Source: a virus
Length of the DNA: 64,000 nucleotides
Direction: 5' to 3' (one strand)
IMG/VR virus record: IMGVR_UViG_3300035666_000002
A model generated the notes under the pieces. That model ran no database searches. It was not told where the DNA came from and saw only the letters and a program-made list of their open reading frames with translations. Positions 41,269 to 49,945 of the stretch are shown here, piece after piece (the stretch's first letter is position 1; each line of letters starts with the position of its first letter). The translations under genes and the position numbers were made by a program.

Positions 41269-42038
41269 TGGCATTCTTACCACAATTATTCTTATCGAAT
41301 ATCAATGCAAAAGATGGGCTAGCAAGACCTAGCCGATTTCAAGTCGTACTACCAATTCCACGATACATAAGCGAATTCGTTTCGACAAGTGTAATCGAAA
41401 GACTTTTGAATTTGCCTAATTCTGTCTTCTCAGACATCACCGCAAGAGTAATTGGTACTGAAGATGGAGCACGTTCATTCGATCCTGTCATCAGTCGCTA
41501 CTTGGCTTTGCAGTGTGAATCTACAGAATTGCCAGGAAAGTCTTTACAGACTGATGAAGTACAAATATACGGTCCAACTTTCCAAGTGCCAAGACAAGCG
41601 GTTTACGGAGATATCTCTTTTACTTTCCTTTGCACCAATGATTTCTATGAAAGAAAACTTTTCGATAGATGGCTTGAAGCAATAGTTCCTACGGATACTA
41701 ATAATACAAGATTTGCGAAAGGTGAAAGAACTAGGTTCCTAACTGATATTAAAATTGTTCAATATGATGATGTTTTTAAGCAAGTGTATGCAGTCGAATT
41801 AATCGATGCATTTCCTAAAGCAATAAGCCCACAAACACTAAGTTGGTCTGAAGAAGGTTTTCATAGACTGAATGTTCAATTTGCTTATCAAAAATTCAGA
41901 ACGATCTACAAGGGCGATTATGATGTTGGAGCGATAGGTGCTGCACTTGTTGGTGCGGGAATCGCTGGAACACCAACAGGAAGAGCATTGAAAACCTTGT
42001 TAAAAGGAACGATAGCTGAAGTTAAACAGATTTTTTAA
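41268..42038 (+). CDS. gp54: Baseplate tail tube initiator gp54-like
   Basis: GLARPSRFQV; CESTELPG; ERKLFDRW; DAFP...LSW...V.FAY. Confidence 0.75.
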   Translation: MAFLPQLFLSNINAKDGLARPSRFQVVLPIPRYISEFVSTSVIERLLNLPNSVFSDITARVIGTEDGARSFDPVISRYLALQCESTELPGKSLQTDEVQIYGPTFQVPRQAVYGDISFTFLCTNDFYERKLFDRWLEAIVPTDTNNTRFAKGERTRFLTDIKIVQYDDVFKQVYAVELIDAFPKAISPQTLSWSEEGFHRLNVQFAYQKFRTIYKGDYDVGAIGAALVGAGIAGTPTGRALKTLLKGTIAEVKQIF

Positions 42039-42048
42039 TGGAGAATTT

Positions 42049-42786
42049 ATGTTACCTAAAATTGATGTGCCTTTATATGAATTAAAGTTACCTCTTAGTA
42101 AGAAGAAGATTAAGTTTAGACCTTTTCTCGTCAAAGAAGAAAAGATTCTTTTGATGGCGATGGAATCAGATAATCAAGATTCTATTTTATTGGCAATTAA
42201 ACAGATTTTAAATAACTGCATTGTAAGTAAAATTAATATTGATGATTTACCGATTGTAGACTTCGAATTTCTTTTCATGCATTTGCGAGCAAGATCGGTC
42301 AGTGAACTTGTTGAATTGCAATATAGATGCAACAATGATGTTGAGGTCGAAGGTGAAAAGAAAAAGTGTGATAATTTAGTTAAGTTGAGTTTCAATGCAC
42401 TTGAAGTGGAACCGGATCTTAAAGATGTCAAAGAGAAAATTGAATTAACACCTAAGCTAGGTATTGCAATGAAGTATCCAACTTACAAAGGTGTTGAAGA
42501 GTTAACGAAGAACAATGAGAAAATTTCTGCTGCTGATGTGGTCGCAAGAACAATCATCAATTCTATCGATTACATTTACGATGAAGAAAGTATTTACTAT
42601 GCAAAAGATGTTCCCGAAAATGAGTTAGTTGAATTTATTGACAGTCTAACCAGAGAGCAATTTTTAAAAGTACAAGCATTTTTTGAAACTTTACCTAAAT
42701 TGAAAAAAGAAATTAACTTCAAGTGCCCAAAATGTCAATATGAAGAATCTCTTGTATTAGAAGGAATCCAAAGTTTTTTCGGATGA
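42049..42786 (+). CDS. gp26: Baseplate hub assembly protein gp26
   Basis: LPKIDVP.YEL.LP...IKFRPFLVKEEKILL; LRARSV; CPKC...LEGIQSFF. Confidence 0.88.
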   Translation: MLPKIDVPLYELKLPLSKKKIKFRPFLVKEEKILLMAMESDNQDSILLAIKQILNNCIVSKINIDDLPIVDFEFLFMHLRARSVSELVELQYRCNNDVEVEGEKKKCDNLVKLSFNALEVEPDLKDVKEKIELTPKLGIAMKYPTYKGVEELTKNNEKISAADVVARTIINSIDYIYDEESIYYAKDVPENELVEFIDSLTREQFLKVQAFFETLPKLKKEINFKCPKCQYEESLVLEGIQSFFG

Positions 42787-42980
42787 TCTTTCGTTATGAA
42801 TCACTGAGTAACCATTACCAAACTAATTTCTCACTTATGCAACATCACAAATACAGCTTGACAGAATTAGATAATATGATTCCGTGGGAAAGAAGTATAT
42901 ACGTTACTATGCTTCTCAAATATATTGAAGAAGAAAATGAGAAGATTAAACAACAACAACTAGCAAGAAGAAAACAATAA
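42783..42980 (+). CDS. gp51: Baseplate hub assembly catalyst gp51
   Basis: YQTNFSLMQHHKYSLTELDNMIPWERSIY. Confidence 0.88.
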   Translation: MIFRYESLSNHYQTNFSLMQHHKYSLTELDNMIPWERSIYVTMLLKYIEEENEKIKQQQLARRKQ

Positions 42981-45028
42981 TGGCAACTAAATTTTCTACC
43001 GTATATCGCCAAGAATTAAAAAACAAAGGCGTATTAGCTTCTCTAGGTGCAGCCGCTGGAAAAGGGCTTGCTGAACGAATGGACATCAGAAACTTGCTAT
43101 TCAGTGGGCAAGGATTTTTGGGATCTACAGGTCAGAAAATTTTTGGAAAAGGATATTCACCAATTCGAAAATCTGGAGTAAAAGTTTCTGGGTTGTCTGA
43201 TACACCTTCTGTTGAACTGACTTCTTTGCAACAATCTAATGAAAGACAAGAAGCATTACTGAAAGTTGTTGCTAAGAACACATTTAATATGAATATGATG
43301 GCGAGAGACATGAACATCACTCGCCAAAATATTGCATCATTGACAAAATCGGTAACTGGAAAATCTTCAAAGGGTGCTGATGCACTTTGGATGGGCGCAG
43401 CAAAAAGAGATTCATTATTATCATCTGCAAAGGCTGCACCTCAAACTACTACACCACAAAAAACAACAGGATCAACTTCATCATTTTTGGGTGGAATAGT
43501 TGGTGGTCTAGCAGGGCTTGGCGGTGGTGTCGGTTCTGTTATTTTTAGAGCACTTGGTTCTGTAATTGCAATTGCTCCTCTTTTAGGTATTGTAGGTATA
43601 GCAGCGTCCGCTTATGCAATCAAAGAAATGTCTAAAGGAATTAATTTTGGAGGAATTTTTGATTCTATCCAAAAAAGCATCGCAGATTTTTTGGGTGTTG
43701 ATCTGGAAAGTGAAGAGCCGGTTTTAAAACAACTAGCGAAAAAATTGAATAATCTTTTTGCAACAACAAAATTTACAGACATATATGACTGGGTTGAAAA
43801 AACTTTTGGTGATGATTTCAAAGCAATTCGAAAAATGATCTCAGACGGAACCAAAATTACAATGGACTACACCAAAGCAGCATTTATAACTCTAGGAGAA
43901 AATTTTGGTAAAATTGGCGAGATGTTTGGTTATCACTTCAGTCAATTTATCAATCAATACAAACCAGCAATTTTCGCAACTATGGGTGCTGCAATTGGTG
44001 CATCAGTCGGCTCACTACTGGGATTAAAAGGTGCCGGATTAGGTCTTGTTATAGGAGCAGGAGCTGGTTGGATTTTGGGAAAACTAGGTAGAGAAAAAAC
44101 TATAGCAGACTTGGAGGAAGAAGTCTCCGCTAAACAAGAACAAGCAAAAAAACTAGAAAGTTTAATGATAAAAAATGAAAAAGGTGAATTTGTTCCAAGA
44201 AATGAGGCACAAAAAGATGCTATGATATCTTTACAATCGGACATAATGAATCTCCAAGCAGAAATTGCATTAAAAAAACAACAAAAAGAACAGATGACAT
44301 TAGGAAACCTTCCTCTGGGTGCAAATTTTAATAAAAATCTGGAACAGGTTCGAGCAGATAGGGAGAGGGGAGAAGGAACACCAAGTTCGGGTGGAGATAC
44401 GAGAGCATTGAGCCCAACCAGAGTTGACCATAGCCCAAAAGCTATGATAGATTTGATAAGATCAAAATTTTTGCTTGCGGGTTATTCCGAAGAACAAGCT
44501 ATGGCAGCCGTAGCGAATGCAATACAAGAATCTAGATTGAATCCTTTAGCAAAGAGTGAGCCTCCTGAAAAAAGTTACGGATTATTTCAAATCAATACCG
44601 AAGCTCATCCTGGGTATACTAAAGAACAGTTGTTAGACCCGGAAAAAAATATTGATGCTATGTTGAAAATTATGAAAACTGATTATGCAGAAGATGATAA
44701 AATTTTTAGAACAATAAATGATGTAGAAAAAGCAACACGATATTTCGGTCTTAGAATGTCAAGACCATTCGATAGATCGGAAGGTGCAATGCAAAAAAGA
44801 GTTGCTAACCTGCAAAGAATACCTGGGCTTATGTTGGATCAGAAAAGTCAGGACCTAGCTGCAACAACTAGAGGCTTCAGTGCTCCTTCTTCAGCACCTG
44901 CTATTCCAGTTCCTCCTTCACCACCCAATCAACAAGCAGCCGCACCGAAGACTTCAACACCACAAGTTGCAAATCCAGATACAATAGAACTTTTCTTTAA
45001 TCTGGCTTTTGCTGGCACTACAAGATAG
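42980..45028 (+). CDS. Tape-measure-like (gp29 position) protein with C-terminal lysozyme-like domain
   Basis: Gly-rich hydrophobic segments and coiled coils; AAVANAIQESRLNP...SYGLFQIN motif. Confidence 0.65.
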   Translation: MATKFSTVYRQELKNKGVLASLGAAAGKGLAERMDIRNLLFSGQGFLGSTGQKIFGKGYSPIRKSGVKVSGLSDTPSVELTSLQQSNERQEALLKVVAKNTFNMNMMARDMNITRQNIASLTKSVTGKSSKGADALWMGAAKRDSLLSSAKAAPQTTTPQKTTGSTSSFLGGIVGGLAGLGGGVGSVIFRALGSVIAIAPLLGIVGIAASAYAIKEMSKGINFGGIFDSIQKSIADFLGVDLESEEPVLKQLAKKLNNLFATTKFTDIYDWVEKTFGDDFKAIRKMISDGTKITMDYTKAAFITLGENFGKIGEMFGYHFSQFINQYKPAIFATMGAAIGASVGSLLGLKGAGLGLVIGAGAGWILGKLGREKTIADLEEEVSAKQEQAKKLESLMIKNEKGEFVPRNEAQKDAMISLQSDIMNLQAEIALKKQQKEQMTLGNLPLGANFNKNLEQVRADRERGEGTPSSGGDTRALSPTRVDHSPKAMIDLIRSKFLLAGYSEEQAMAAVANAIQESRLNPLAKSEPPEKSYGLFQINTEAHPGYTKEQLLDPEKNIDAMLKIMKTDYAEDDKIFRTINDVEKATRYFGLRMSRPFDRSEGAMQKRVANLQRIPGLMLDQKSQDLAATTRGFSAPSSAPAIPVPPSPPNQQAAAPKTSTPQVANPDTIELFFNLAFAGTTR

Positions 45029-45055
45029 AAAAAACCCCGCTTTCGCGGGGTTTTT
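45029..45055. terminator. Bidirectional rho-independent terminator
   Basis: AAAAAACCCCGC-TTTC-GCGGGGTTTTT between convergent genes. Confidence 0.92.
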
Positions 45056-45058
45056 GTT

Positions 45059-45952
45059 TTAGTTTGATTCTGCTAGAGATTTGAAATAATCTAGATCATC
45101 TTCTTCAGCAGTTACGGGTGCTTTAGTTGGTGCTGGCATAAGCGACTTTGGTGCTTCAGTCACACGCGCCTGCGCGGGAGCAGGAGCATCTTCAGTATCA
45201 CCTTCAAAACCCAGAACTTTATCCAAACGACCTTTCAGCAATTCATAACTCTTGAAATTCTTACGGTCAAGAAATTCTTTGAGTGAATGTTCTTGAGCAT
45301 AAAGTTTTTCAAGTTTAGCATCATCACCATCAAAAAGTGCAGACGGATCCGAGAATTCTGATTTATCATAATTGCGATAACCTTCGACATTACGAATCTT
45401 CAGTTTGAAGTTAGCGCCTTCCCAGAAGTCAAACGGATTCAAGGGCTTTTCATCCGCGAATTCTGGATTCATTGCTTCAGTAATCTTGTCGAAAATTTTC
45501 TTACCGAACTTAAACAAACGAACCGTTCCTTCATTTTCAGGATTTGAAGGATCGGATACAACATAAATGTTAGCAACATATGAAAGCTTACGCTTTTGTT
45601 TCCTAACAATCTCTTTGTTCGATTCGACACCTGAATTCCAAAGAGTGCTATTGTGTTCGCACACAGGGCACTTCTCATTCAAAGTTGTCAAACAGTTGTC
45701 AATCAGCCAACCACCTGGTCCCTGAAAGCCATGATTGAAGATTCGTACCCAAGGAAGACCATCCTCACCATCAACAGAGGGTGCGGGAAGAAAACGAATA
45801 ACTGCCATTCCGTTTCCAGATTTGTCTACATTAGGTTGCCAGAATCGAGTATCGTCTTTTGAGCCAGCTTCAGCAGCTTGATTGGTGCTCTCGATTGCTT
45901 TAGTCAGTTTATCGAGGCTAGAACGATTGCGTTTGAGATTTGCAAATGACAT
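45059..45952 (-). CDS. gp32: Single-stranded DNA binding protein gp32
   Basis: DDTRFW...GNGMAVIRFLP; HGFQGPGGW..NC.TT....CPVC; FGKKIFDKI; NYDKSEF; acidic tail; start at ATG 45952 behind AAGGA. Confidence 0.95.
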   Translation of the reverse strand: MSFANLKRNRSSLDKLTKAIESTNQAAEAGSKDDTRFWQPNVDKSGNGMAVIRFLPAPSVDGEDGLPWVRIFNHGFQGPGGWLIDNCLTTLNEKCPVCEHNSTLWNSGVESNKEIVRKQKRKLSYVANIYVVSDPSNPENEGTVRLFKFGKKIFDKITEAMNPEFADEKPLNPFDFWEGANFKLKIRNVEGYRNYDKSEFSDPSALFDGDDAKLEKLYAQEHSLKEFLDRKNFKSYELLKGRLDKVLGFEGDTEDAPAPAQARVTEAPKSLMPAPTKAPVTAEEDDLDYFKSLAESN

Positions 45953-46020
45953 GATATTTCCTTTCGTATAACGGTGTATAAACGGTGTATTTAAATTGTC
46001 CACATAAACATAATATACTA

Positions 46021-46512
46021 TTATTTAGCAACATGCAAGATGTGGTTTAGTTTTTTTACGGTATCTTTTACATCTACATGAAGAATTCCGTAACCACCTG
46101 CTTTATTGAAAGACTCAATAACATCAGGTGTATCGTCGATCAAAATACTTTTTGAGTTTGCATATTTTGCTTTGAGTGAACGACCTGGTACGATGTTCAC
46201 CTTCACACGAATATCTTTACTCTGCAACCAAAATTTCTTTTGATCTTCAACAACAGGATGATACTTTTTGCCTCCAGAAGAAGACAAGATTTCAATATCA
46301 ATCCCTGTATCTTTTACAACTTGTAAAAGTGTTTGACCTCCAGGATTCCAATCCAATGTTTTGAATTGCTCAGTCTCAACAAATTTAGTCCAGTTGTCCG
46401 ACCATTCTTTGTTAGCGCGAGAAAGTGTTGGAGATTCTCCAAAAAGTTTAGTGTACCTTGCTTCAAAATCGCAAAGAACACCATCCATATCAAGATAAAT
46501 TTTTGTGATCAT
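46021..46512 (-). CDS. HAD-superfamily 5'(3')-deoxyribonucleotidase-like protein
   Basis: YLDMDGVLCDF; ILIDD. Confidence 0.8.
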   Translation of the reverse strand: MITKIYLDMDGVLCDFEARYTKLFGESPTLSRANKEWSDNWTKFVETEQFKTLDWNPGGQTLLQVVKDTGIDIEILSSSGGKKYHPVVEDQKKFWLQSKDIRVKVNIVPGRSLKAKYANSKSILIDDTPDVIESFNKAGGYGILHVDVKDTVKKLNHILHVAK

Positions 46513-47090
46513 TTAAATGCCTCTAGAGCGATTTTCCTACATTTTTCTTTATCGAAACTTACAAATGGAGTATATCTCATCCACCTAGAAAAAGCAATAG
46601 GCCAGACGATGGTATCCTTGATTTTTTCCTTCCACTTAGGTAAGAAATTCATCAATGAATTCAATATGATAACAGTCTCATCACAGACAGTTCCCTGTCT
46701 ACTGAGTACGAAAAGTTTCGGATAGTCACTGCAAACCTTTAACAAATCGTTAACTTTGCCGTGATTTGAGAGTTCATGGCAATCATTTTTGAAAACATAG
46801 GACAATGATTGAATTCGTTTCATTCGATTGTAGTGCGTTTCATTCGCTTCATCTGTCAGTAGATTGCCAGCCCAAGAATCGGGATCATTCAAAAGATTAG
46901 AAATAACAAATTCTTTATATTCGTCTGTATCATACTTTCTGGACAACTTATAAAAATAATACTTGTCTTTTCTTTTCTCGAATGTCTCGATTGTGATGTT
47001 GCATTTACCATTGTACTTGAAATAATCATAATTCGTTGTGAAATGTAATTTCAAGACATGGTAAATGCTGAACGCTTCATAGCCTGTCAT
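46509..47090 (-). CDS. gp59: Helicase loader gp59
   Basis: Y..LKLHFT..YDYFKYNGK...F.KRKDKY.F.KL. Confidence 0.85.
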   Translation of the reverse strand: MTGYEAFSIYHVLKLHFTTNYDYFKYNGKCNITIETFEKRKDKYYFYKLSRKYDTDEYKEFVISNLLNDPDSWAGNLLTDEANETHYNRMKRIQSLSYVFKNDCHELSNHGKVNDLLKVCSDYPKLFVLSRQGTVCDETVIILNSLMNFLPKWKEKIKDTIVWPIAFSRWMRYTPFVSFDKEKCRKIALEAFK

Positions 47091-47308
47091 ATTGGTAAAC
47101 GTCTAGTTTTCGGAAGTAAATTCAATGCTTGTGCATCAATTTCGATTTTAGCCTTCAAATCTTTATTGACAAGGGTTGATGCAACTTCTACTTCCATTCC
47201 TGTTCGATTACAATATTCTATGATTGCTTCCATATAGTTGTAATCAGTTCCAGAAACAATATTTTCTATTTCTTCATAGAACTTGTGCATCTCTTCTTTT
47301 GTAGGCAT
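47087..47308 (-). CDS. gp33: Late transcription coactivator gp33
   Basis: F...IE......YMEAII.YC....E.E....L....LK.KI..DA..LNLL; synteny with gp59. Confidence 0.85.
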   Translation of the reverse strand: MPTKEEMHKFYEEIENIVSGTDYNYMEAIIEYCNRTGMEVEVASTLVNKDLKAKIEIDAQALNLLPKTRRLPI

Positions 47309-47309
47309 A

Positions 47310-47582
47310 TTACTTTACAATCGTTTCATAGAGTTGTTCAAATTGTTCGTGTGTTGCAACTTCTTCATCATAGTTCTGTTTATGATACACTTTAACCAAA
47401 CGATTTACAAGTCGTTTTGGAAGTTTCAAATCTTCACATACAGTCTTTACCGCTTCTTTGATAAGATCCTTCTCTGCTTCGATTCTTGTCATTGAATTAG
47501 AACATTCGCGAATTGCATCGAGAAGTTTCTTGCGATCCGCCTCAGCAGAAATTTGATTGATACTAAATTGTTTCACTGCCAT
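47310..47582 (-). CDS. dsbA: T4 DsbA-like dsDNA-binding protein
   Basis: IRECSNSMTRIEAEKDLIKE...LVKVYHKQ; dsbA-33-59 synteny as in T4. Confidence 0.7.
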   Translation of the reverse strand: MAVKQFSINQISAEADRKKLLDAIRECSNSMTRIEAEKDLIKEAVKTVCEDLKLPKRLVNRLVKVYHKQNYDEEVATHEQFEQLYETIVK

Positions 47583-47593
47583 AATATATCTCC

Positions 47594-48757
47594 TTAAAAG
47601 AAACCGATTTTACCACCGACTTTGTGGTTAGTTTTTAACTCATTCTTAGATTTGTCACCAAAAATTTCAGCGAGAGTCCAAGAATCTTTCTTTTCATTCA
47701 AACTAAAACCTTGTTTTTCAGCCAAAGCCTTAGCTTGGTTGTCATCCAACTTTTCGAATTTCAGAATATCAAAACAACGACCTGGTCGAATCAGTGCTTC
47801 ATCAACATCACGAACGGAAGGAAGATTTGTTGAAAAAATCAACTTCTTTCCCTTTGTTGTGACTAGACCATCACCAACATTCAGAAATCGATGCATCATT
47901 GTATTACCTTCACTTCTTGCTTTCAAAAAATTATCCGAATCTTCAAGAACAAGTAGATTTACATTCTGCTCAATGAAGTTTGCGAATACGAAATCTTTCT
48001 CCAGAATCGAAGCATCATATGTCACCATTGCTGATGATCCAGTATGTGAGAGAAGACCTCGAATGAAAGTTGTCTTGCCTGTTCCTGGAGGTCCAATCAA
48101 AAGAAGAACATTTGAGTTGGACTTCATGAAAGAATCATAGTAATCTGCTAGAGGTGTACCTAGAAAAGGATACATCTCATCACAAGGAAGCAAATTAGTG
48201 TTTAGAGGAACATTAACGCTATCACCATTCTGAGAATAAATCCATTCAATATATGATGTCACTTCCTCAAATTCGTTTAGAAGAACGTCAGTCTCTTCTT
48301 GAACAAATTTTTCATCGCCATAAATTTTCACTTCAATAGAATTCGATGATGCATCATATCGAATGAAGTTCAAATTGTCCAACAGAATAATACCTGAAGT
48401 ATCATTCATCTGAAGAATTTTACAATCGATGTATGCTTGCATCATATATTCGTTCCAGACTTTGCGATTACCATGCAACTTCAATTCTTCATTGATGGTA
48501 GACAAATCGGAGTCATAACGCTCCTTCATCATCTTACTAAAAACATAATCAGAAAAGTCTGATGCACCAACAAAAATACTATTATCTTCCATATTATTCC
48601 TCAAAATGGGAGCCGGAAAGTCATAAGAATCCCAAACAAATCTTTTCAATACTCTTTTTTTTCTGCGACCCGACAATTTCCACCTTCTAGGTCTAACAGT
48701 TGGTTTAGAAATTGTTCCTGCTCTGAGTTCGGCTAAAATTTGCTCAAATGGGCTCAT
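47594..48757 (-). CDS. AAA-family ATPase
   Basis: Walker A GPPGTGKT, Walker B LLVLEDSD, SRH STNL...DEALIRPGR; alternative start ATG 48592 behind a GAGG SD. Confidence 0.85.
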   Translation of the reverse strand: MSPFEQILAELRAGTISKPTVRPRRWKLSGRRKKRVLKRFVWDSYDFPAPILRNNMEDNSIFVGASDFSDYVFSKMMKERYDSDLSTINEELKLHGNRKVWNEYMMQAYIDCKILQMNDTSGIILLDNLNFIRYDASSNSIEVKIYGDEKFVQEETDVLLNEFEEVTSYIEWIYSQNGDSVNVPLNTNLLPCDEMYPFLGTPLADYYDSFMKSNSNVLLLIGPPGTGKTTFIRGLLSHTGSSAMVTYDASILEKDFVFANFIEQNVNLLVLEDSDNFLKARSEGNTMMHRFLNVGDGLVTTKGKKLIFSTNLPSVRDVDEALIRPGRCFDILKFEKLDDNQAKALAEKQGFSLNEKKDSWTLAEIFGDKSKNELKTNHKVGGKIGFF

Positions 48758-49098
48758 TTAAATAGAATCAAAGCAAGAAAAACTGAATTAACAATAAAAC
48801 CTGCACCAATTGTAAGAACATTTATTGTGTCTTTCAAAATAGCAGCACGAATAAATCCCATGACTAAAGCTCCCCACATAAACAAAACAAGATCGATAGG
48901 AGGAGTTTTGTCTGTTATGCCAGCCATTATAGCAAGAAATGTTGGAATAAGCGAGGCATGAAGTAGAACAATACCGAGCCAACCAATCGATTCTGCTGTA
49001 CTAGGCTTCAGCTTATGTTCAAAAAAATGTTTGATTCCTTCTCGAAAGGTTAAAAGTCTTTCTTGCCAATCAGCCTTTGTAGAAGATGTGTTTTCCAA
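48754..49098 (-). CDS. Small membrane protein with about 3 TM helices (start uncertain)
   Basis: Three hydrophobic segments; probable TTG start at 49098 rather than the deeply overlapping track start at 49242. Confidence 0.6.
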   Translation of the reverse strand: MENTSSTKADWQERLLTFREGIKHFFEHKLKPSTAESIGWLGIVLLHASLIPTFLAIMAGITDKTPPIDLVLFMWGALVMGFIRAAILKDTINVLTIGAGFIVNSVFLALILFK

Positions 49099-49603
49099 TT
49101 TTGGCAACTCTTTGTCTTTTCCATCCTGGGTTGATGTAGTCTGCATGATAGTATAATGTGTCCTCTTTGATAATGTCAAGTTTGAATCCTTCGAGAAGTA
49201 CCTTTTTAGCCACAGCCTCGGATTCTTTATAGGTTGCTGCATGGATGGGCCTCACTTTCGCTTTTGAATCACAGTACCAACTAAACTGACAGATTAAATT
49301 ATTATACACTAAATTTCGTTCATATACAACTGCACAAATATCTTTTGGAAATTTACCTGATTTAGTTCTATTGATGGTTACTTGAGCAACAGCTACTTTG
49401 CCTTCAAAAGGTTCTGTTCCTGCTTCATAATATATGTTTTTCGTTAGACAGTCAAGTTCTTTTTCGCGTTGAGCCATTGTGACATATGGCGGATGTTTAC
49501 TTTCTTTAACCTCTTCAAATTTTTGATCGACTAGTATATGAAAGTGTTGCACGAAAAAGTATCCAAGAATGCCTATGAAAACAAGTTTCATAAAATGCAT
49601 CAA
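49070..49603 (-). CDS. Cell wall hydrolase (SleB/Hydrolase_2 family) with N-terminal membrane anchor
   Basis: CLTKNIYYEAGTE...GKVAVAQVTINR...FP..IC.VV...CQFSW...YYHADYINPGW...IGKHIFY. Confidence 0.88.
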   Translation of the reverse strand: MMHFMKLVFIGILGYFFVQHFHILVDQKFEEVKESKHPPYVTMAQREKELDCLTKNIYYEAGTEPFEGKVAVAQVTINRTKSGKFPKDICAVVYERNLVYNNLICQFSWYCDSKAKVRPIHAATYKESEAVAKKVLLEGFKLDIIKEDTLYYHADYINPGWKRQRVAKIGKHIFYKG

Positions 49604-49618
49604 TGATCTCCTTTGAAT

Positions 49619-49903
49619 GGTGGGTTATTCTGTTACGAGGAAACCCACCGAAACCCTAGGCTGTGTTTAGGCAGCCAATGCGAAACGTTCTTCGTTTGCG
49701 TTTACTTCGATTTACTTTTAGCGACTCTCTGTGTCGAACCGTCCATCTTCCTACTTATTGCCCCGTCGAAACCAGGTCAGGCCCATCAGAAGCACACAAA
49801 GACCTTTTGGCTACTGCCGATACCAGTCGATATGCACTTCTGGTGGACCTGGGCGGAATCGAACCGCCGTCCGAGACACTTTTCAGTCAACTTCATACGA
49901 TCA
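49619..49903 (-). ncRNA. ssrA: Circularly permuted (two-piece) tmRNA, tag (A)ANEERFALAA
   Basis: Minus-strand order: T-arm GGCGG-TTCGATT-CCGCC plus CAGGTCC-ACCA (CCA ends at 49841); 56-nt intervening hairpin; 5' end GGGCCTGACCTGGTTTCGAC from 49784 (acceptor stem with G3.U); tag ORF 49699-49667 after GTAAAC; terminal hairpin GGTGGGTT...AACCCACC; outer boundaries approximate. Confidence 0.92.
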
Positions 49904-49909
49904 TGTGGT

Positions 49910-49915
49910 ATTATA
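49910..49915 (-). promoter_or_regulatory. Putative -10 box (TATAAT) for the tmRNA
   Basis: TATAAT just upstream of the acceptor piece; no canonically spaced -35. Confidence 0.5.
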
Positions 49916-49945
49916 TAGCAATAAAGATTTAAGGTGAGGCAATCT

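Noticed and set aside
49841-49875. Possible tRNA gene or attachment-site remnant
   Set aside because: No D-arm or anticodon arm upstream; the sequence pairs with the downstream tmRNA 5' end and is the acceptor piece of the permuted tmRNA
49613-49937. Three plus-strand ORFs (101, 89 and 68 aa)
   Set aside because: Antisense shadows of the tmRNA gene
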